Source of the DNA: an uncultured Pseudomonadota bacterium
GTDB taxonomy: Bacteria; Pseudomonadota; Alphaproteobacteria; Rs-D84
NCBI GenBank assembly: GCA_902788485.1
Contig: CADAKI010000001.1
Location: 114,226 to 178,225 of the forward strand
Direction: 5' to 3'
DNA: 64,000 bases
Below are positions 58,879-64,000 of the stretch, piece after piece (the stretch's first letter is position 1; each line of letters opens with the position of its first letter). Under the pieces are notes generated by a model. It saw only the letters and a list, made by a program, of their open reading frames with translations, was not told the origin of the DNA and did not search any database. The translations under genes and the position numbers were made by a program.

Positions 58879-59607
58879 TTAAAACCGTCCCATACCACCG
58901 TTTACATGAATAGTTTGCCCGTTAATGTATGATGCCGCGTCAGATGCCAAAAATACACAAGTCGCCGCGATGTCATCGGGTTCGCCAAAACGTCCCGCCG
59001 GTATTTGTTCCAGATATTTCTTTTTCAACTCGTCCGGCAAAACATCGGTCATTGGTGTTTTTATAAATCCCGGTGCAATCGCGTTCGCGGTAATGCCGCG
59101 GGATGCAACCTCGGCGGCGATAGATTTTGTCATTGCAATCAATGCGCCCTTGGATGCGGCATAGTTTGCCTGACCCGCGCCACCAACCGTACCAACGATA
59201 GACGCCATATTTATAATGCGTCCAAATTTTTGTTTCATCATCGGCATGATTGCCGCCCGGCATGTTTTGAACGCCGCACGCAGGTTGGTGTTTATAACAT
59301 CATCAAATTGTGCATCGGTCATACGCATCAATAATGTGTCCGCCGTAATACCCGCATTATTAATCAACACATCAATGCGTCCGCATTTTTCAAGTGTTGC
59401 CATAACCAAATCGACACCCGCATTTTCCGCCGCCAAATCACACGGTATTTTGATATAAGAATCATCAAATTCGGTGTTCAATTTGGCAATATTGCGACCC
59501 GATACAACAACCGTCGCGCCCGCGTTTTTCATGGCGTGCGCAATCGCACCGCCAATGCCACCGGTTGCACCGGTTATCAAAACAACTTTGTCATTTAATT
59601 CAAACAT
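58879..59607 (-). CDS. fabG: 3-oxoacyl-ACP reductase
   Basis: SDR family; VLITGATGGIGGAIA motif, catalytic YAASK; 242 aa. Confidence 0.85.
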   Translation of the reverse strand: MFELNDKVVLITGATGGIGGAIAHAMKNAGATVVVSGRNIAKLNTEFDDSYIKIPCDLAAENAGVDLVMATLEKCGRIDVLINNAGITADTLLMRMTDAQFDDVINTNLRAAFKTCRAAIMPMMKQKFGRIINMASIVGTVGGAGQANYAASKGALIAMTKSIAAEVASRGITANAIAPGFIKTPMTDVLPDELKKKYLEQIPAGRFGEPDDIAATCVFLASDAASYINGQTIHVNGGMGRF

Positions 59608-59627
59608 ATTTTGCTCTCCATGTTTTT

Positions 59628-60485
59628 TTAGTATTGTCTGTGCAGCATTCTTTTCATTTGTGCCGCGTGTTCTGCACGAATTTTTTCAACATCTTGTGGA
59701 TAAATATTGCAAATAAATTTACCATTTACATCCAATAATTTTACCGCGACATATTGCAAGTTTGCCATTTGTTGTGCGCGTTGTTTTGCCATGTCCACGG
59801 TTTGGTTTTTGTTCATTGTCACCGTCACAATTTTTGACAAAATCATCGGGTCAACATTTGGTATTTGTGGTGCGTCATCATGTTCATCATTTGTATCTTT
59901 GTCATCCAATATGATTTGATTTTGTTTGTTATTTTTGAATTTCAAACCAAATTTTTTCATAACAATATTATTCAACACAGACGCATCACACCCAATTTCT
60001 ATATTTGCAAAAACATCGGGTTTGTTGCGCATGGTCAATTTTACCAAAGTATATTTTTTAAATAAACTGCGGACAGAATAAATCACATCATCTGCGAACA
60101 CATTTGGTTTAACGCATAATTCAACCGCCATATGTTTGGAGTGTTCAAATTCTGCGATTTTGCCGATATATGTATTGCCCTGGATGGTATATGTGCGCCA
60201 ATTCAGATTATTCTGTTTTTTAACAATCGGTTTTTTTGCATTTTCGTATTTTAATAAAACAGTTTTATTTTTAACCTGTATAGAAATATCGCGTTCAAAT
60301 TCGTGTGACAACCATTTTGCGATTTGCCGCCCATATGTTAAATTGATTCCAGGATACGCAATAAAAACGACCGGTTTATTGTGTTTGTTTGAAACCTTCG
60401 CCGTCCCCGCCAACATATCGTGCCAAACGATTTCATATGTTACAGAATTTTTTGCTTTAGATTTTTGTGTTAAATATTTTTTCAT
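59628..60485 (-). CDS. Hypothetical 285-aa protein inserted between fabD and fabG
   Basis: No recognisable motifs; co-directional, with 3-nt and 20-nt gaps to its neighbours. Confidence 0.45.
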   Translation of the reverse strand: MKKYLTQKSKAKNSVTYEIVWHDMLAGTAKVSNKHNKPVVFIAYPGINLTYGRQIAKWLSHEFERDISIQVKNKTVLLKYENAKKPIVKKQNNLNWRTYTIQGNTYIGKIAEFEHSKHMAVELCVKPNVFADDVIYSVRSLFKKYTLVKLTMRNKPDVFANIEIGCDASVLNNIVMKKFGLKFKNNKQNQIILDDKDTNDEHDDAPQIPNVDPMILSKIVTVTMNKNQTVDMAKQRAQQMANLQYVAVKLLDVNGKFICNIYPQDVEKIRAEHAAQMKRMLHRQY

Positions 60486-60488
60486 AAA

Positions 60489-61364
60489 TTAAACCTCTAA
60501 CTTTTTAACACTAATTTTATCTGTTGTGCGCGAAACCAGTCCCGATAACACATTTCCCGGGCCGATTTCGGTTGCGTCTGTGATACCCAAATTCACCATT
60601 TCCAAAACACTTTCGCGCCACCGCACGGTATGTGTCATTTGATAAATCAATGCTTCTTTGATATCATCTGGATTTTCAATAACAGAACAAGTTTTATTAG
60701 AAATCCATTTTGCATTTGGTTGTTTAATTTCAACCCGGTCAAATTCTGCGCGCATGGCATCCGCCGCAGGTTCCTGAACCCGACAATGCACCGGCGCAGA
60801 AAGCGCAAGTGGCATAACGCGTCGTGCGCCCGCGTCGCGTAATTTTTCAGACGCCATATCAACCGCATCGCGTAATCCCGAAATCACAACCTGGCCCGGG
60901 CAATTATCATTTGCAATATCACAACCGGATTCATCACAAATTTTACGAACAACATCCGTATCCAATCCCAACACAACAGATGTTAAACCCGCACCAACCG
61001 GCACCGCCGTCTGCATCGCATTACCACGCGCACGCAATAATTTTGCGGTGTCTGCCAAACTGATAGCACCCGCAACACATAACGCGGTATATTCACCCAA
61101 TGAATGCCCCGCAACATATTCCGCCAACGGCAAACCCGATGCGCGATACATTGCGACCGATGTTGCCATAATTGCCGGCTGAACATTGCGTGTTAATGTT
61201 AATTCTTCCATTGGACCATTAAAAATAATGTTTGATAGTTTTTCACCCAACGCAGAATCTACTTCATCAAACACAGCACGTGCCGCGGCATTATTTTTAT
61301 ATAATTCCGCACCCATACCAACAACCTGTGCGCCCTGACCCGGAAATACAAATATCGACGACAT
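60489..61364 (-). CDS. fabD: Malonyl-CoA:ACP transacylase
   Basis: GQGAQ and GHSLGEY active-site motifs. Confidence 0.9.
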   Translation of the reverse strand: MSSIFVFPGQGAQVVGMGAELYKNNAAARAVFDEVDSALGEKLSNIIFNGPMEELTLTRNVQPAIMATSVAMYRASGLPLAEYVAGHSLGEYTALCVAGAISLADTAKLLRARGNAMQTAVPVGAGLTSVVLGLDTDVVRKICDESGCDIANDNCPGQVVISGLRDAVDMASEKLRDAGARRVMPLALSAPVHCRVQEPAADAMRAEFDRVEIKQPNAKWISNKTCSVIENPDDIKEALIYQMTHTVRWRESVLEMVNLGITDATEIGPGNVLSGLVSRTTDKISVKKLEV

Positions 61365-61427
61365 ATTTTTTACCTTTATTAAAACTTATCAAAATTATAG
61401 AAAAAATCGGCGAAAAATCAAATAAAA

Positions 61428-61967
61428 TCAATTATGCATAGAAAATTCGCAACCGCAATATTTTTGCCGATAAAATTCAGATTCGTGGTTGATTTTTTGG
61501 CGTAATTTTTCGTCCCAATTTATTGGCATATAAATAATTTCACCACACGATTGTTCTGCGGCGGCGTCAACCTGAGCTTGGTCTTTGAATCGTGACACAC
61601 CGAATACAGATGCAATCGCGTTATATCCATTTTTGATTGCAAATTCGCGCGCGAACGCAAAACGAAACGCAAAACATTTACTGCATCGCGGACCGCGTTC
61701 CGGGGCGGATTCCAATCCGGCGACCTGTGCCAGCCATGCGTCATGATTATAATCGCCGATCGCATATTTCACACCCAGTTTTTCACAGTATTTAATTTGT
61801 TCGGCCAGGCGCTTTTGATATTCGGTATCGGGATAAATATTTGGGTTATAAAATAAAACAATAAAATCATCAACGTTTGGGACTGCACCATCCGCCAACT
61901 GCTTTATTGCGCCCGCCGAACACGGTGCGCAACAAGACATCAAAACCAATTTGTATTTATCGTTCAT
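61428..61967 (-). CDS. queH: Epoxyqueuosine reductase QueH (DUF208)
   Basis: LMSCCAPCS and CxxC..C cysteine pattern; 179 aa. Confidence 0.75.
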   Translation of the reverse strand: MNDKYKLVLMSCCAPCSAGAIKQLADGAVPNVDDFIVLFYNPNIYPDTEYQKRLAEQIKYCEKLGVKYAIGDYNHDAWLAQVAGLESAPERGPRCSKCFAFRFAFAREFAIKNGYNAIASVFGVSRFKDQAQVDAAAEQSCGEIIYMPINWDEKLRQKINHESEFYRQKYCGCEFSMHN

Positions 61968-62679
61968 TTTGTCCCAAAAATTTTATCAGTTTTGGATTGA
62001 TTTTGTCAGAATTATCCAACCAATTATTCAAAATATTTTTTGTGATTGGTAAATCATTTTTGTTGATATACCTGATGGTTGTATGCGCATGGGTGGTTGT
62101 GAACACATCGCGCAAAGACCCCATCATCACCCCCATTGTATCATGTGTCATATACGCCGGATTATACAACATTTGTTCATAATATGTTGATTCTTTTGTG
62201 TTTGTATCAAAAACCTCGCGTGTTAATAAAACGCAATTCAAATATTTGAAATCTAATTTTTGTAATCGTTGAATAAAATCAACAACATCAACATTTTTAG
62301 GCAGATTTTTGACCGATGCGCGTTTTGTAATTGCATATTTTTCAATATATGAATAACGCACAATCGTGTCGTGTTTTGGCGAAACCGTCCGTTTTTTTAT
62401 CAATACAGAATTAATTTTTTCCAACGGGATTTTTCCATCGACAATATCAAAATAAAATTCAACTGTCTGACCATCTGGCCAAATGTCGGCACGCGGGCCA
62501 TGTTCAAAAAATTTAATTTCTTGGAAAGCAATTTTTTCAAAATTCGATAATTCATTTTTGTTCGACGCGGTTGCCAATTTTTTTATTGCATGTTGTTTTT
62601 GTACAAATACCGCACCATCAAACAATCCATGTTTGTCGCCGTTTGGCATTACACCAAAAATTTTATATTTTGTTGCCAT
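61957..62679 (-). CDS. Hypothetical 240-aa protein
   Basis: Probable start MATKYK at 62679; overlaps the queH start by 11 nt. Confidence 0.4.
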   Translation of the reverse strand: MATKYKIFGVMPNGDKHGLFDGAVFVQKQHAIKKLATASNKNELSNFEKIAFQEIKFFEHGPRADIWPDGQTVEFYFDIVDGKIPLEKINSVLIKKRTVSPKHDTIVRYSYIEKYAITKRASVKNLPKNVDVVDFIQRLQKLDFKYLNCVLLTREVFDTNTKESTYYEQMLYNPAYMTHDTMGVMMGSLRDVFTTTHAHTTIRYINKNDLPITKNILNNWLDNSDKINPKLIKFLGQNER

Positions 62680-62686
62680 ATTAAAA

Positions 62687-63241
62687 TTAGTCCTTTTGTC
62701 GTTTAATAAAAAATTCTTGAATAACCCGTGGTAATGCACCGGTGTCGCGTGGCCAAATTTGTTTCAAAGCCCGGTTCATAATAATATCGCGTTTTGGGTT
62801 CGGACTGACAACGGTGGCCTGATTTTCTTGCCATGTTTCTTCCTTGTTTGTTCCGAAAACAACGCCATATTTTGTTCGTGTGATAACCTGGGTCAATACT
62901 TTTGTTAAATTTGTATTTGTTGTTGGGACACCATACACATCTCTATAATTTCGTTGCAATATATTGCGAATATCGCGATCTGTTTTCACACTATCATCGA
63001 CATAGATATTTAATACTTTATTTTTGCCGGCGAAATTATAATGTGTTTTTGCGCGCAAATCATAAACACATTTTGTCCGCATCAGTGATATTTTTGTGAC
63101 TTTATATAAATTTTGTTTTGATATAATTTGTGCAAACTCATCCGCAGACACATTTTCTGGTAAATCTATATTTTGTGCCTCACATGAATTTACCGAATAA
63201 ATTTTACAAGAATATTTGTATGTGATTTTATGTCTGGGCAT
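62687..63241 (-). CDS. Hypothetical 184-aa protein
   Basis: Start MPRHKITYKY with RBS aaggat. Confidence 0.4.
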   Translation of the reverse strand: MPRHKITYKYSCKIYSVNSCEAQNIDLPENVSADEFAQIISKQNLYKVTKISLMRTKCVYDLRAKTHYNFAGKNKVLNIYVDDSVKTDRDIRNILQRNYRDVYGVPTTNTNLTKVLTQVITRTKYGVVFGTNKEETWQENQATVVSPNPKRDIIMNRALKQIWPRDTGALPRVIQEFFIKRQKD

Positions 63242-63257
63242 GGGTGTATCCTTTTTT

Positions 63258-63614
63258 TTATTTTTGATGTTCGCCAAAGAAAGCCAAAATATTCGCCGGT
63301 ATCGCACCATTACGCATCAAATTTTCATCAACCTTGGTACATAAAGAACCACAACCAATTCTGTCAATTTTCAACATTGCGTGTTTTTTACCAACGATTG
63401 GTGAACCGTATTTTTTGTTTAAATCGACACATTGGGTGTATTTTAATATTCTAATTTTTTTCCATTTTTTGTCTGTGCAACCGTTTATCGCCGCCGCCAA
63501 AGAATCCAAATTTCCATCCCACTGCGACACAACAACATTTTGACCGTTTTCCAATATTGCACGCACAGAATAATAAATTTCTTCACGATGTCTTAAATTT
63601 TTTTTCTCAACCAT
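63258..63614 (-). CDS. Hypothetical 118-aa protein
   Basis: ORF in the same operon. Confidence 0.4.
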   Translation of the reverse strand: MVEKKNLRHREEIYYSVRAILENGQNVVVSQWDGNLDSLAAAINGCTDKKWKKIRILKYTQCVDLNKKYGSPIVGKKHAMLKIDRIGCGSLCTKVDENLMRNGAIPANILAFFGEHQK

Positions 63615-63617
63615 ATT

Positions 63618-63986
63618 TTACCCTTTATATTCAGAACCAATTTTATATGTATCATCTAATTCAATAATTTTTGTGGCGTCCACGCCAATACCTAATTCAT
63701 GCGCACTGCACATCATACCGTTTGATTTTACACCACCAACATTACGCGCCACCAACGGCTTTTTTTCGCCGGGCAATACGCATCCAATCGGTGCAAACAC
63801 ACCGATTAAACCCGTGTGAACATTTGGTGCGCCACATACAACCTGCAATTTTTCGGTACCTGTATCAATGGTTAAAACATTTAAATCACCGCGTGATTCA
63901 TGTGGTTTTACATTTATAATTTTGGCAACCATTGGCACAACAGTTTCTTTTTTTGCAGAATATTTTTCTGTGATGTCGCGCACCAT
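63618..63986 (-). CDS. tRNA-binding OB-fold protein (CsaA / PheT-N-terminal-domain-like)
   Basis: LQVVCGAPNVHTGLIGVFAPIGCVLPG..GVKSNGMMCSAHELGIG parallels the PheT N-terminal tRNA-binding domain in this same window. Confidence 0.6.
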   Translation of the reverse strand: MVRDITEKYSAKKETVVPMVAKIINVKPHESRGDLNVLTIDTGTEKLQVVCGAPNVHTGLIGVFAPIGCVLPGEKKPLVARNVGGVKSNGMMCSAHELGIGVDATKIIELDDTYKIGSEYKG

Positions 63987-64000
63987 ATCATCATCAATAC

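Overview
This 64-kb window reads as a densely coded, AT-rich alphaproteobacterial chromosome segment, probably from a Rickettsiales- or Holosporales-like intracellular bacterium; the lineage call rests on gene content and rvh-style virB3/virB4 and is an inference. The backbone is housekeeping genes: lolCE, ftsQ, ftsA, tsaE, uvrB, asmA-family, aspS, ung, gyrB, lpxC, lpxK, a DUF374 gene, rpmJ, ychF, dnaG, topA, rodA, mrdA, mreD, mreC, rpmI, rplT, pheS, pheT, nth, ileS, mnmG, fabG, fabD and queH. Four tRNAs are present: initiator fMet, Thr-GGU, Thr-CGU and one with a CAU anticodon. Several accessory or unusual modules are interleaved with this backbone. (1) A five-gene type-IVb-pilus-like assembly core (R64 pilO-P-Q-R / bfpC-U-D-E order) follows directly downstream of lpxK-lpxC, and a separate lipoprotein secretin sits 20 kb away next to lolCE. 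(2) A virB3-virB4 operon is translationally coupled to two tandem paralogous secreted HExxH (zincin-like) proteins. (3) ftsA is fused in frame to ribulose-phosphate 3-epimerase, and no ftsZ follows. (4) A family of palindromic elements resembles Rickettsia palindromic elements (RPEs) and is built from TGNACTY heptamers; two copies read in frame inside topA and a DNA glycosylase gene. (5) An outer-membrane beta-barrel gene carries an in-frame amber codon behind a duplicated consensus promoter, 21-bp iteron-like repeats and a divergent XRE regulator. (6) Two tRNA loci are followed by partial copies of tRNA 3' ends and look like decayed integration islets, one holding a ~1-kb AT-rich insert and the other beside a candidate structured sRNA. 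No rRNA, CRISPR array, transposase or integrase gene was seen. All calls come from reading the six-frame translations and the DNA directly; no database search was run.
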